In this document: one piece after another, positions 25,749 to 42,904 of the stretch | Layout of the letters: each line of letters begins with the position of its first letter | Position numbering within the stretch: the stretch's first letter is position 1 | Assembly: GCA_000320545.1 (NCBI GenBank) | Contig: ADNK01002607.1 | Location: forward strand, 1-64,000 | Length of the DNA: 64,000 bases | DNA from: Bigelowiella natans CCMP2755 | Lineage: Eukaryota > Protista > Cercozoa | Direction: 5' to 3' | Notes under the pieces: generated by a model | The model's input: only the letters and a program-made list of their open reading frames with translations | Database searches by the model: none | What the model was told of the DNA's origin: nothing | Program-made: the position numbers and the translations under genes

Positions 25749-28700
25749 ATGAGCGACGGAACAATACCCCCTGGTGAACGCGTAAAGGCGAAAGGTAGGG
25801 CCTCACATCTTAATGGGGTGATGAAAACTCGCTTAGAAAGACTACGTAGGTAGCACACAGAGCGGGAAAAGGGGGGGGGTTTCCAAATTTGGCCCCAATA
25901 GCGATTATATAAGCAAAATTTTCAAGAATTTCTTTGTGGTTCATTCGTATTTGGTGGATCATGAATTTTAGGCTCTCATGTGAAAGGCATGGACGAGTAC
26001 AAGAAGATGTACAACAGGTCTCTTCGCAGCTTCTATGGACACCCTACTTGACAAATGTGCATAATTTCATTGAACGTTCTCTTATACAGTTTAGTCACCA
26101 TTTATTATGACCGATTGCCAACTAGGTGAGTCGATGAGTTTCTTCTCCCTCCTCCTCTCAATTCAGGTCGCTAGAAGACCCTTCTGGGTTCTGGAAGGAG
26201 ATCGCAGAGCAGCAAGTCACATGGTAGCTACATACCATCTCTCCCTCTCCATACAATTTGTGAATATTAAGAAAAAGAAGAAGAAGGAAAAGAAGAAGAA
26301 GAAGACGTGATAGCTGTTGGCATTGTAATTAGGTTCAGACCTTTCAAAAAGATTCAAAGCGGATCACTAGAGGATGGCAACATCGCATGGTTTCTTGATG
26401 GCAAGGTAGTCTAAATAAAGCAGTAAGCCTTCATGATTGCCGCAATTGGCAAGCCCTAGTTGAAATTGTTGTTCTTCTCCTTCTCAAAATTTTCTTTGTG
26501 CAGCTCAACGCTTGCTATAACTGTGTCGATCGCCACATCGAAAAAAGGGGCGATCAGGTCAGTTATCACACACCTACCCCCTTTAAGCACTTTGTGCTTA
26601 TTTGGAAGTGAAATGTAAAAAATACCCCCTCTAATACATGCATCAATCACCCTCCATAGAGATTCTCATTATCCTTGAGTGAAAGTCAATTCTAACGATT
26701 AATCGTAACACCGCAAAGGTGGCGCTTCTCTGGGAAGGAAACGATCCCACGGTAGTAGTAATAGTAGTAGCAGTAGCAGCAGTAGCATAAAGCGAAAGAG
26801 AGGAGGGAGAAGACTATGCGCGACAATTTGCTCTGTGTGTGCAGTGGGGAGGCGGATATATCTCAGTAGTATTTCATGCTCTCTGATTTATGCGAATTTC
26901 AATGGAATTCCTTCCTCTCGATCCCCGGCCCCTCCTGTTGTGCTGTATCTGCCTGGCAGGACATCCGGAAAATCACCTACAAAATGCTTCTCGACGGAGT
27001 GTGCCGGGTTGCTGGTGTGTTGAAAGATGCTGGAGTTAAGAGAGGCGATTGCGTGTGCATTTATATGCCGATGGTTCCGGAGGCGGCCATGGTTATGCTT
27101 GCCTGCGCGCGTATCGGCGCCCTTCATTCGGTAGACAGTAGCAGTAGTTTTAGTGGTAGATTCTACTTTTTCTTCTTCCGCAGAACCCTTTCACTGCTCG
27201 GGCTTCATTCCCATTGCCCGTGTCAGCTAGAAACCCTGCGTAGATCGTGAATTGAAGGTCAAAAGCCGTGTGGGTGGTCATTACCTGCTCATTCGGAAGA
27301 TAGCCTTCATACAGCTATTAGGAAGTGATAATCGTACAATGGACAACCAACATACGCTGTAATTTTCACACCGCATCTTGCTCTACAAAATTACACGTTT
27401 TCCCTCGATGTTTTATGCACGTGGCTCTGTTCGATGCATGTTACGTTTCATTCATATTTACTCAAATTAGGTCGTCTTCGCTGGCTTCAGTGCGGAGGCA
27501 CTGAGAGATAGGATCGTTGATGGCAAGTGCAACATAGTTGTCACTGCCGACGAAGGGCTGCGGGCCAAGAAGACCATTCCTCTTAAAGCGGTAGTAGTAG
27601 TAGTAATAATAATGAAGGATCAAAGCCCCTTTCGACAACTATTCAGCGCCAATCACCTACACGATTTGAATGAGCAAACATTACTCGCATAAAGATTCTA
27701 GCAACAATTTGAGAATACCAGTTATCCTTCTAGGTGGTTGATAAGGCGCTGGAAGACTGTGCAGACAGCGTGTCTACGGTGCTCGTCCTCAAGCGAACAG
27801 GAAACAAGGTTCCCTTCAAGGAGGGGAGGGATAAGTGGCTTCTGGAAGAAATGAAAAGTCAAAGGTAGTGGTAAGCTGTAAGGAGTAGAACGACCAAAAT
27901 ACATCTGATTGGGGGGGTGTGAGGTGGTGATGTTCATCGATATTTACTGCGGCTCCTCCCTTCGTCTTCGCCGTCAGCACCGATCGATGCCGTCATGTCA
28001 CTGCCACCACCACCACCACCACCATCATCATCATCACCATCATCATCATCACCATCATCATGAGAATCACCAACATCACGAAATCACACAATAGTAACTG
28101 TCATCAGGCCGTACTGCCCATGCGAGGTGATGGACTCCGAGGACGGGCTGTTCATGCTGTACACTTCTGGCAGCACTGGTCGTCCAAAAGGCATCCTCCA
28201 CACGACGGGGGGCTACATGGTCTGGAGCTCTCTCACACACAAATGGGTCTTCGACTACCAAGAAGGCGACATCTATGCGTGTGTGGCTGATATCGGATGG
28301 ATCACAGGTAGGAGGAGGAGGAGGAGTAGGAGGATGCAGACAACAATGCACAAGAATATTGTAGTATTATAAACTTGTCGTCTAGAGATATTTAACTGTA
28401 CAGCTAACATCGATGACTTTGATCCTGGGACACAGCAGCCTACCACTGGATACTGTCCTTTCCTCTTATTCTTATTATACTTCATCATCCTCACAAATTT
28501 CGCTTGATCAGGCCACAGCTACATCGTATACGGCCCTCTTTGCAACGGCGCGACATCGTTTATGTTCGAAAGTACGCCTCTCTATCCTGACGCTGGACGC
28601 TACTGGGATATGGTGCAGCGGCACAAGATCAGCAGCTTCTACACTGCGCCAACTGCGATCCGTGCGCTAATGAAGGTGGGTGGGTATCTTAAGAAGAGGG

Positions 28701-28863
28701 AAAAAATAAGAAGAAGATTGCGAGTCATAATAATCATCATTATGGTAGTGATCACATCACGTAAATATTTATATATGTAACAGTCGGGCACAGGGCCTGT
28801 GGAGAAGTATGATTTGTCATCGTTGCGCGTTCTTGGCAGGTGAGATTACCATAGCTGATGCTA

Positions 28864-28898
<35 letters not shown>

Positions 28899-29174
28899 AA
28901 CGACATTCTATGAGCAAGTTTCTCGTGATTACTGTTCCTGATACGGTGAAAGGGATGTAATTATACGATTGTTGCTGATGTGTTCTATTGTGCACGGTTG
29001 TGTACGCGTTGCTACCTGCAGTGTGGGCGAACCTATCAACCCAGAGGCATGGAAGTGGTATAACGAAGTCGTCGGGAAGAAAAAGTGCTCCATCGTAGAC
29101 ACGTAAGAACAACCGATCATTACATCACACGACGAAGCTAGAAGAAGAATATGTGCACGGGTAGAGGAGATTAA

Positions 29175-29205
<31 letters not shown>

Positions 29206-31216
29206 GAGGAGGAGGAGATTTCGAACCTACATAATGCCTTCATAATGGAATAGTAGGAAGAGGGAGTTAGTATTCTAGTTTCCACACCTTGCCACCCCCC
29301 TCCCCCCACCCCATCTTCGTCCAAATATTTGACTTCCCACTTTTTGTGATCATCAGTGACACCTGTTGACTTTCTTCTTCTTCTTCTTCTTCTTCTTCTT
29401 CTTCTTCATCTCTCCCTCCTTTCCCCTCCCACCCTCCTCCTCGCTTGCGCTGACCTGCCCATCATCAGGTACTGGCAGACTGAAACGGGAGGCATAATGA
29501 TCACGCCTCTACCAGGAGCAACACCAACGAAGCCTGGCAGTGCCACGTTCCCCTTCTTCGGAATAGAGCCTGTGCTGCTTGACTCAGCAACGGGAAAGCC
29601 GCCGGTATCAAGCGGGGATACAAAAACTGGAGAGGTCTCCGGCATTCTTTGTATGAAACGATCGTGGCCAGGAATGTGCCGGTAGTATCTATGTCTGGCA
29701 AAGCTGTATGTGGTAGATAGAGTATCACCGAGAAAACAGGACATGTCTTTGTCGTCGTGGTGAGCGTTAGCCATTTGGCGAGTCACACCCACAGGATATG
29801 GAGATGCTAGTCCTTTTTTTATGTAATTTTTCACCGGCATTGACGCAATTTTGTAAGGACGTTTCAGCGTTGAGTAGTATCTTGGATGGTAGTAATTCCA
29901 CATTTTATTTACTATATCTGTTCTTGCACAGCACGATCAAGGGAGACCACGAGCGATACATGACAACTTACTTCAAGCCGTACCCGGGCCATTATTTCAC
30001 CGGGGATGGTGCTACCAAGGACAAAGACGGGTGAGTGGATTGCTGAGCATAATGACGACGATGACGATGATGTTGATGATGATGATGAAAGAAATTATGA
30101 GAAGTCCTTCCTCTTTGTGCCTGTCGATGTGTCATTGATTGATCTCTTCGTCTCCTCCTCGATGTATTCCTGTTATCTTTGGTGTAGGTACATATGGATT
30201 ACAGGGCGTGTTGACGATGTGATAAATGTGTCCGGCCATCGCATAGGATCTGCTGAGGTTGAATCAGCGCTCGTAGCTCACCCAGCTGTCTCGGAAAGCG
30301 CAGTTGTCGGAGTGGATGATGCCATTAAGGGCCAGGCTCTTTTCGCGTAACAATGATAAGAAGAAGAAGAAGAAAAGAATCAGAGCAGAACAAGATAATG
30401 ATGATAAATGGGAAATAATGTCTACCATAGGTTAAAGTTATGATGACGATGATGATGCAAAATAGCGATGTTTACTGCTGAAAAGGATAGTGACGTTATG
30501 GTAGTTGACGGTACAAGCTCGATGATGATGATGATGATGATCATCATCATCATCATAGGCATCTAATATCATTATAAACACTCAGTTACGTGACCTTAAC
30601 CGACGGTTTCAAGGCAAGCAATGATCTTGTGAAGAACCTCAAACTCGCTGTGAGGGAACACATCGGAGGGTTTGCACGTCCTGACTACGTCCTCTGCACG
30701 GATTCGCTCCCGAAGGTGGTGTTTCGCAATTACTCTAGGATAAAAATAGAAAGAAAGAATGGTAGCAGTGTATCCGGGCTGTCTTTTTTCCCTCCTCCAA
30801 ACCCTTGTGTGCCATCCCTGGCATCACTGCCGCGTTTGTATGTCCAAGTTTAATAATATGAAAAGCCTACGACGGAAGCACCAGTGGGGGTTTGTGTTCT
30901 ACAGAACATTTGAAAATTTTGATATTATCAATTAATATTATCTGCACTAACATACATCTCGTCATTGTCTGTTCGTTTTTCTCACTACTCAAACCGGTAT
31001 TATTCCCTTGTTTTTGGTCTACAACAGACTCGCAGCGGCAAGATCATGCGCCGACTACTGCGCAAGATTGCAACAAAGGATACGAAGCTGGGAGACACCT
31101 CTACCCTCGCGGACCCTAAGGTGGTAGAGCGCCTGGTTAAGCTCAGGGAGGAGATTGACGACATCTCCAAGGTCAAAGAGAAGGAAAGGGAAGAGGAGGA
31201 GAGAAAGGAAAACGAG

Positions 31217-31268
<52 letters not shown>

Positions 31269-31495
31269 TAGAGAAGAAAGCAGGCGAAGGTGGGGTTATC
31301 TGTTCTCCAAGGATTCGTTGTGCTGCACTCTCTTTCCTTACGACGCCCAATCAACTCAATGATAACATCATTCTTTCATCGTGAAACGCACATCTGCTAC
31401 CATTTCCTCTTTTTCCATAACAGACGCAGAGCAAACCCAGAATTGACCGACCATTCAGCCTGTCAGCTGAGAGAGCTGAACTTGCAGTGAAGTAA
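25749..31495 (+). CDS. ACS: Acetyl-CoA synthetase (AMP-forming), about 19 exons
   Basis: [152 protein letters not shown]. Final exon ends ELAVK-TAA. Confidence 0.95.
27179..27316 (+). ncRNA. Box H/ACA snoRNA-like RNA, copy 2, intronic (sense) in ACS
   Basis: Identical to 12048-12182 except one C/A change in the apical loop of hairpin 2. Lies inside the ACS intron at about 27131-27470. Confidence 0.75.
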
Positions 31496-32159
31496 TATAG
31501 TAGTAGTAGTAGTAGTAGTAGTAGTATAATAGCATCAATGGAAATTTTAGCGACAAGAAGTAGAATCTATTTGATCAAAGAGAAAAGTATATAGCTGCCC
31601 ATGCACTGTCGATGGTGACGATAGACCGACGAAAGTAATAACCTAGTGGTCATCGCACCTCCTTTGATCCTCCATCTTTACATAACACACTGGTCCTGGT
31701 ACTGCTACCGCCGCGGCCACCTCCCTTTATTCTACTTCTTCTCCTTCTTCTTCTGTTATGGTCCATGCAGGAGGACTCCTGATGATCCCAATGACTCTTC
31801 ATCGTCTAAACGTAGGCGAACAACGGAATAATAGAATCCATGGCGATTCCCGGTCCATTTTTCTTCTGCAGATTCTGTGTCTAGTGCTGCTCATCGATGA
31901 TCATATGCATTCTCTCCCGTTTGCTCTAGCTTCTGTGAGACATGGTTGCTTTCCTGATCGTCAGTTGATCGCCAGTAGTAGAAAATATGCGCTTTCAAGA
32001 TTCTTCAAATTTATCCTTTTTGCTGATGCACAAAGCAAACTTCTCATCACCTCTTTCGCTAATTCTACGGTTGTTGGCAAAATGGCGAGCTGCGATAGTT
32101 TCGCTTGTGTGTCAAGCAATGACATGAAAACAAATCTCTTTATTTTATCTTGAAGTCAT

Positions 32160-33330
32160 TTGTTAATATAGAAATTGTCTGAGCTAATCTAGCAACTTTA
32201 GAATTATTCATGTCTAGATGTCTATAGATATACATCTAGACATCTAGACATGAAGCTTGCTAGCTAGACATGTCTAGATATGTGTTGAGCTCTCCGAGCT
32301 GTGTGTGGCAGCAGACGACTGCTGATAACTAGATGAAATGAGATGTGTTGTGCCGCGGCTACATCTAGCTGCTAGTCTAGCTAGCTAGGCATGGCTAGAT
32401 TTAGAGACAGGCATGGTCAGCAGTGGCAGCACACACGCTAGCATGTCGCTCTAGCGCTCGCGAGCTTGTGTCTAGCTGCGGCTTGCACATGTGACAAGAA
32501 ATCTGGAATGCTGGCTAGACTAAAAGCAGCCAAACTAGTAAATCTAGAAATGCACGCCATGCTAGCTAGCTAGCAACAATTCTCGAAATAGATAAATGGT
32601 TATACAGCAGACATCTCTAGCTAGCTAGCTAGCTAGTTTGATCTAAGCTGCTAGACGCTAGGACAGTTGGACATCTTGACTGCTAGATCTGCCTTAGATC
32701 TACATGCACATTTTCAAAGCGTAAAATCTAGAAATGTCTAGTGTATCTAGAAATCTTTGGATCTAAGAAATGTGATGGCCTGCTAGCCTGCTAGCCTGCC
32801 CGCTAGCCCGCCTAGCTAGCAAGCTAGCTAGCTAGCTAGCTTGAGCTCTAGAGCTATCAAGTATCTAGCCATCCTAGCTAGCTAGCTAGTGTCGGGCTCT
32901 AGCTAGCTAGGGCTAGCTGATGCCATCTAGCCATTCAGATCTAGAGATGTCTAGCTAGATGTCCAAGAGATGCTATCTGTCTATCTAGCTATCTCTAGAT
33001 CTAACTATGTGTGCACGGAGATAGATCATTTCGGCCAGGCGCAGCCTAATAACCAGCTAGTCTGCCATCTAGCTATGCCTAGATGCGCTCCAGACGACAG
33101 CTGGCTAGCAACACTAGAACAGCTAGGTCACAACTATGATTTGATGAGGTGTGCTATAGCTAGATAGCTAGATAGGCGCGTTCGCATTGCGGAGAACTAT
33201 GTACACACACGCCATCTATTAAATGTAACAACAGTCAGTACTAACGATGTAGTCTTGATCATCTTGCCATTTGTTCAACGCATGCGCGAATAGAAAATTC
33301 TAGATATCTAGACATGCGAATTTTACAGGT
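32160..33330. repeat. CTAG/AGCT/TCTAGA-rich degenerate low-complexity island
   Basis: Dozens of CTAG occurrences including GCTAGCTAGCTAGCTAG runs, located between the convergent ACS and VOC genes. Confidence 0.85.
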
Positions 33331-33446
33331 CTGGTAGATCTATAGAGAGCTATCATACTACTACAACTCGTTTTCTTATTACAACTCATTGCAAAAGGTG
33401 TTCATGGGGCCGTACATAATCAGATAATGCCCTAGAACATATCGCA

Positions 33447-34097
33447 TTATGCTGTTGTATCGTCCGTTTTTGCAATTTTTGAAGCTTTCTTTTCTTCATC
33501 TGTTGATACTTTGGGCACTTTTGATGCCTTCTTCTTCGTCGCAAACGCTTCTCTTTTTCGCTTTGCTTTTGCCCACCATTCATCGCGACCCTTCGTCAGA
33601 TCTTCTTCTGTCGGCATTTTTACGCGATGGGTGAAGCACCAAGTGTGGCCAAATGGATCTGTAACGTAGAAAGGATTGTATCATCAAATACAAATTGGCC
33701 AGATCTATAATGAGTTTAAAATACCGATGACTTTTCCCATCCTTGCTCCCCAGAAAAAATTATCAGGGGCAATGAGTTGCTTGCATCCTGCGTCGACGGC
33801 AGTCTTCATTGCAGAATCGCAATTTTCGACGTTGACATACATCGTTGCACTGCAATTAGCCTTTGGACCTCGCTCAGGATGATCACTGTGAACATCATTG
33901 ACATAGATCTTGGAATCTCCGAAATCGATACAAGCGTGAACGATTGTTTCTTCACATGCCATCTCGAAGCTGACTTTACACGGCAGCGCCTTCTCGTAGA
34001 AGGTGAGAGCTTTCTTGCAATCGCCATCAAACCAAAGGACTGGATTGAGACTCACTGCTGATTTCTTCGAGCTAGGCTGCTTCGTTTCGACGCTCAT
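33447..34097 (-). CDS. PhnB/glyoxalase-like VOC-fold protein with Lys-rich C-terminal tail, 2 exons
   Basis: LNPVLWFDGDCKKALTFYEKAL..IVHACIDFGDSKIYVND..DNFFWGARMGKVI, intron at about 33660-33725, then DPFGHTWCFTH..KIAKTDDTTA-TAA. Confidence 0.85.
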
Positions 34098-35312
34098 GGT
34101 AGAGGTGGCGGTTGGGATCTGATGCAGTGCGCCACGATAAGAACACGGTCTCTAGATTTTGACACATGAGACACAGATGAGTCGTTGTCGCTTCAGCTCA
34201 TTTTGTTAGATTTGCAGTTGCTTTTAAAGTGATCTGTGCTTTTAACATCTGAACATGTGGCAGGCCTGAACGGAAGGCCTTCTGCTTCGCACGTGCGGAT
34301 GTGTGAACACAGTGCAGCAGCTCCAACTACCGAATACAAGGCCCATCCAATTTTTCCTGCGACATGGGGAAGTTTATGTCGCAGGAAAAGAACGAATTAT
34401 CTCTCTCACGTTGATTCGGTACTGTGTCGTTAGGCAAAAATTAGCACGGATCTACTCGTATTTTTTTGGGAAGAGCTCTTTCTCGGCGAAAAGAAGGGGT
34501 ACTGCCGAATTCTAACACGGAATCAAAGGGTAAATGTTGATAAAGTGAATGCAAACTAATGTGGGAGCCTAAGATAGGCAATACAGTAATAAAAAAAAAT
34601 ATTCCAACGCATTATTTGCACTTACGACATCAACAATAATGTGAAAAGTATGAAATTAGACTCCATCTCCTGTATTATAATATTTCGCTGCCTAAAAGGA
34701 TGGCTTGACCAATATTGTAATACTATACTTCACAGAATCGTATTTTTCGCCTGCGAAATCTACGTATAATATTGTAGACGACTTACTTAATTCTAAGACG
34801 TATGGTATGAATACAAGCATATTTATCTAAGCATCTTTCCCTAGTCAGCATATTGAGGTGAAAGGCCTGAGGATTAAATTCTCTGCCTCGCCCTCCCCCT
34901 ACCCTTAAACAATACAGCCGAAACGAAGGGCCGATTCCATTGATTGCTTTCCCAACTTTATCATTGGTAAATTAGTGATTGCATTAAGTAGTCTTTTTAA
35001 TTCCGAGCTCTTCTCGGTGGAACTGGGGAAGGAGGGGTCAAAACAAGTCAGTATTCGTTGTCCTCGAGTACGGCTGAATTTCGTCCATGCCATACACTTG
35101 GATATTCGTCTTTGAATTCATGTTTTTGGAAGGAATAAAATTAATTCTTTTTGTCATATTCCTTTTGTACTCGCGGGAAGGCCAGATTCGGCTTTTCATG
35201 GTTGCATGTGTCAATCTCGATCTCCATGATCCGGCGTAAATTTGAAACTCTGTTCAGGAAACTTGGTATAGCTAGCACCGTAGTAGCTGTGAGGCTTCAT
35301 CCCTCGGTCTAA

Positions 35313-39134
<3,822 letters not shown>

Positions 39135-40420
39135 AGACAGACAAGATGTTCAAGACAGGAAGAACAGTCCACTTCTCGTGTATAGTTTTTGTTTGGTGTA
39201 AAGTGCCAATGCATGCAGCAGATAGCCGGAAGCATAATCCATCCCCGCTGAACACCACGAGTAAGTGTGCGTCATATATGTATATATGCCACTGTAATAC
39301 TGTAACGATGTAACACAAGGTGGAGCAACGATTGATATAACCACAGAGAGATGATTCGCTTAATTGTGTACGCTTTAGCTAGTACGCATGGATAATGTTT
39401 AATAAGTATCGTAAATGAGCATGTAGCGCGTAACGCGCCAGTTGCATGCACAGCTAGTATGTACTAGACAGTCTGTGCGCAACAAAGGTGGTGCACAATG
39501 ACTAGATGAGATGGATGGCAGCGCAGCTGGTCATCTGCTTCTTTCTAGCATTAGCAACTTCATCTAGCTAGCTAGCTAGCTAGCTGTGACCTGCAACACA
39601 TGCAAGTCTGCTCTAGTGCTAGCTAGATCTAGTGCCCGAAGCATCGCAAAGAGCTCAGAGCCATGCCAGCATGCTGGCACAGCATGGATCGACAGCGTGC
39701 ATGCTAGCATGTGGCGTGGATAGCATGCACGTGCCTGCAACATCGACATGAAACTAGAAATTCGAGGCACTGCTAGACTGCATTTCTTGCATTGCAAGTG
39801 TCTTGCCACACTTTGGAAATGTGGTTTTTCATCATTGTTCATTGATCCATCTAGCTCAACACGCATCCGCGCACATTCTGGCATTGCTAGCTAGCTAGAT
39901 CACTAGATTGGCGGACATGTCTAGATGTGTCTAGCTCGAGGCAATGCATTTCGTGCATTGCAAGTGCCTTGCCACACTTTGGGAACGTTGTTCTTCATTG
40001 CATCATCTTTGTCTTTGTGTCAATCAAATCAGAAAATGATGGCAATTTTTCCAAAGTTGCAAATTGTGCTGCTAGTTGCATCATTGCAGTGTCAAACAAG
40101 TCTGGAAGTGTGAACTTGAGGGCACCGAGCGACGCCAATTTCCATGAAGCAAAATGAACAATCGAAAGAAAGAAACATTGAACATTGAACATTGAAGAAA
40201 CTTTGTTGATCGGAATTGACGTTTCCGCATTGGCCAAACCAAAAAGCCGTCCAAACAGATTGTAGTCCACCATGATGGAATAGACCGTTGTCGTAGTGGA
40301 TGAATCCCCAGTGTCGTTTTTGCGCCGACATGGTTTTGATGTTTGTCGTAGTGGACAAATCCTCTGTGTTGTTAAGCTGTATCGTGCTTGCCAAGCGGAG
40401 CCCCTGCCCACCTCCTTTCA

Positions 40421-41871
40421 ATGGGGGGCAAAAAGCCTTACCTTCCAGCGCACCACATATATCCTTTTGGAATCGGACAAAATGGAAGGTCTGAGGGCGG
40501 GGTACAAGGCTTGGGGAAGTATATGGCGGGTTTGCTCAAGCACGCGGCGGAAGAAGATGATAGCAAGCTTCGGATCACCGTCGTAGCAATCGTTGGGAGC
40601 GCTCCTGGCAAGGTACGCACCGCCGCCGAGTCAGAGTTAATAGAAGCATAGCACAGCTAATACTCGCACGATTTAATGTCCAACTACTTGCACAGGCAAG
40701 GGGTTTCTCGCACGCAGATCTAGGGAACCAGTTGCTTGGAGAGTGCGTATTCTCAGCAGCACCAGCAGGAAGAGATCGTTCGTCCTCGTGTCCTTCTGAC
40801 GAGGGAATTGAGGCCTACTTTAGTCCAAGAAATTCGGTGTTGTTCTTGCGGCTGGAAAGACCGTCTGTGGAGCATACATTGGATATTGGTGATATTACAT
40901 CAACATGCTAAATTGCTATTCCTCATTGCATTTGATCGTCAATTTGAATGAGCGCTTGTGCTCTTGTCCTTATTGATGTCATCGTTCGACCTTGTAGGAG
41001 AGGGTGAGAGGGGGTTTGTCACGGGAAAAAAATCGGCAGAAGAGGCTGCAGCAGTAGACGAGGACAAAAGTGATAATCGGGGCAACGACTGTGGTGATGA
41101 GATTAATGATGGTACGAATGAAGGTGGATGTGACGACAACAAAGACGATAATAGCAAAAAGAATATAATTGAGGAAGAAGAGATTCCCGGGGAAAGTGTA
41201 AAGGGCGGTGCAAACTTGAAGAAGAAGAAGAACAGGATAAATGCAAAGACGACATCTACCTCATCGTTCAGAATGCAAGATTTAACCACCATTCCCAAAA
41301 CACGATTTATCGATCGTTTAGCCTGGTTGTTAGAAGTGAGTCACCTCGTACTCTTCACGCATTCAAGGAGCAAATTCGACCTTTTCTGGGTAAACGTCCT
41401 CCGAACTGCTCAGGTGCCAATGGGGAAAGGGGGGGGACGCAGGGAGGTAGGAATGTGGTACAAAATCTCTCGCCAATCCAAATTGAAATCAATTTGATTG
41501 AGACGGAAATTCTAGATATCTATGCGGTGAGGGCCTTTGAATCGTAGCTGCGCGTGTATGTTCACATAAATGTTGTGTGTCACATGATATTGATATGTGT
41601 ATATTGTGTTTGTAATGATTGTTTCCACAGATGATTCGATTGGATGCCCTCTCTGGGATCCTAAGCGCACTGCAGAGGCAAAAGAAGAAAGTGGCCAAGG
41701 ACCATAGCAGCAGCAGAACCAGTACCAACAACAACAAGAAGAACTATGTGAATTCCCCACAGATAGCGTTTTGCTTCCCAATGCCAAAAAGATCGGATTT
41801 GTCGATCGACACGCGCAGGTATCCGCCAACACAGATCTTGGATCGATGGTATGTGACGTGTGTGTGCATAC

Positions 41872-41911
<40 letters not shown>

Positions 41912-42119
41912 CTACTTAGGAAGTTATCTGCAGCAATGAAGAGTCAAATCCAAACCATCCTGTCGCATGCCCGCTTACTGCAAACGAAAGGTAGCTTCAT
42001 ATCCTACAAATGTATGCTGATGAATGTAAAAATGATCGTGATGCGGCCGACGTCGTTTTGCTATATTTCTCTTTCTCTACCTGCATCACTCGTATCAATC
42101 AATCCTACAATTCGTTTGA

Positions 42120-42155
<36 letters not shown>

Positions 42156-42598
42156 CAATATATATAAAATAGCACTCATCATCACACACGTTGGTATGGT
42201 TTGTTTTTCCCCTTCTTTGACCATTTCCTATTCCTCCTTCACCTCTTCCTCCTCTTCCTCCTCTTCCTCCTCCTCCTCCTCCTCCTCCTCCTCCTCCCCT
42301 TCTTTCTCCAAAGGAGCGAACCTGATCTCATTAGCACTAGGCAATGGGTACTTTATCCCCCCCTACCTTGGTATCAGCTCAAACGACCACGAGGGGAAGG
42401 ACGATGATAACCACGCAACGAGCCATTCGTCGGCTGCAGAAATCAACGCTGCTATTGCAGCGCGGCGTCGAGACAGAAATGGGCAGATTTTGGCCCAAAC
42501 CTGGTAAAACTAATTATATGCGCGTCTGCTGCGTTAGGTATTCATATTATGCGAACACCGCACACACACACACACACACACATACACATGTACATACT

Positions 42599-42652
<54 letters not shown>

Positions 42653-42658
42653 TGTGTG

Positions 42659-42700
<42 letters not shown>

Positions 42701-42860
42701 GTTATCCCCCCCTCTGCAAATGTGTAGTAATAGTGCAAGCAAACTTCTTATATGTCAGGTTGTCTAGGCTGGATGTTGTGTGCAATGCGCTGCAGTATTC
42801 TTCTGCAAGTACATACATTTATAGAATGGGAGGGGGGGAGGGAGGGAGGGAGGGAGGGAG

Positions 42861-42904
<44 letters not shown>

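Noticed and set aside
30965-31384. ACS C-terminal extension [14 protein letters not shown] read through the last intron
   Set aside because: A GT donor after DDISK and an AG acceptor at about 31423 give a cleaner final exon; the extension is (GA)n intron sequence.
31640-32153. Possible coding fragment downstream of ACS
   Set aside because: No consistent frame or motif on either strand.
39576-40411. ORFs of 60-160 aa in the TA-poor islands (also 25071-25478, 47125-48123, 60013-60489), rich in Cys/His/Met and nearly Tyr-free
   Set aside because: Loss of TA removes TAA/TAG stops and Tyr codons, so open frames arise passively. No recognisable motifs.
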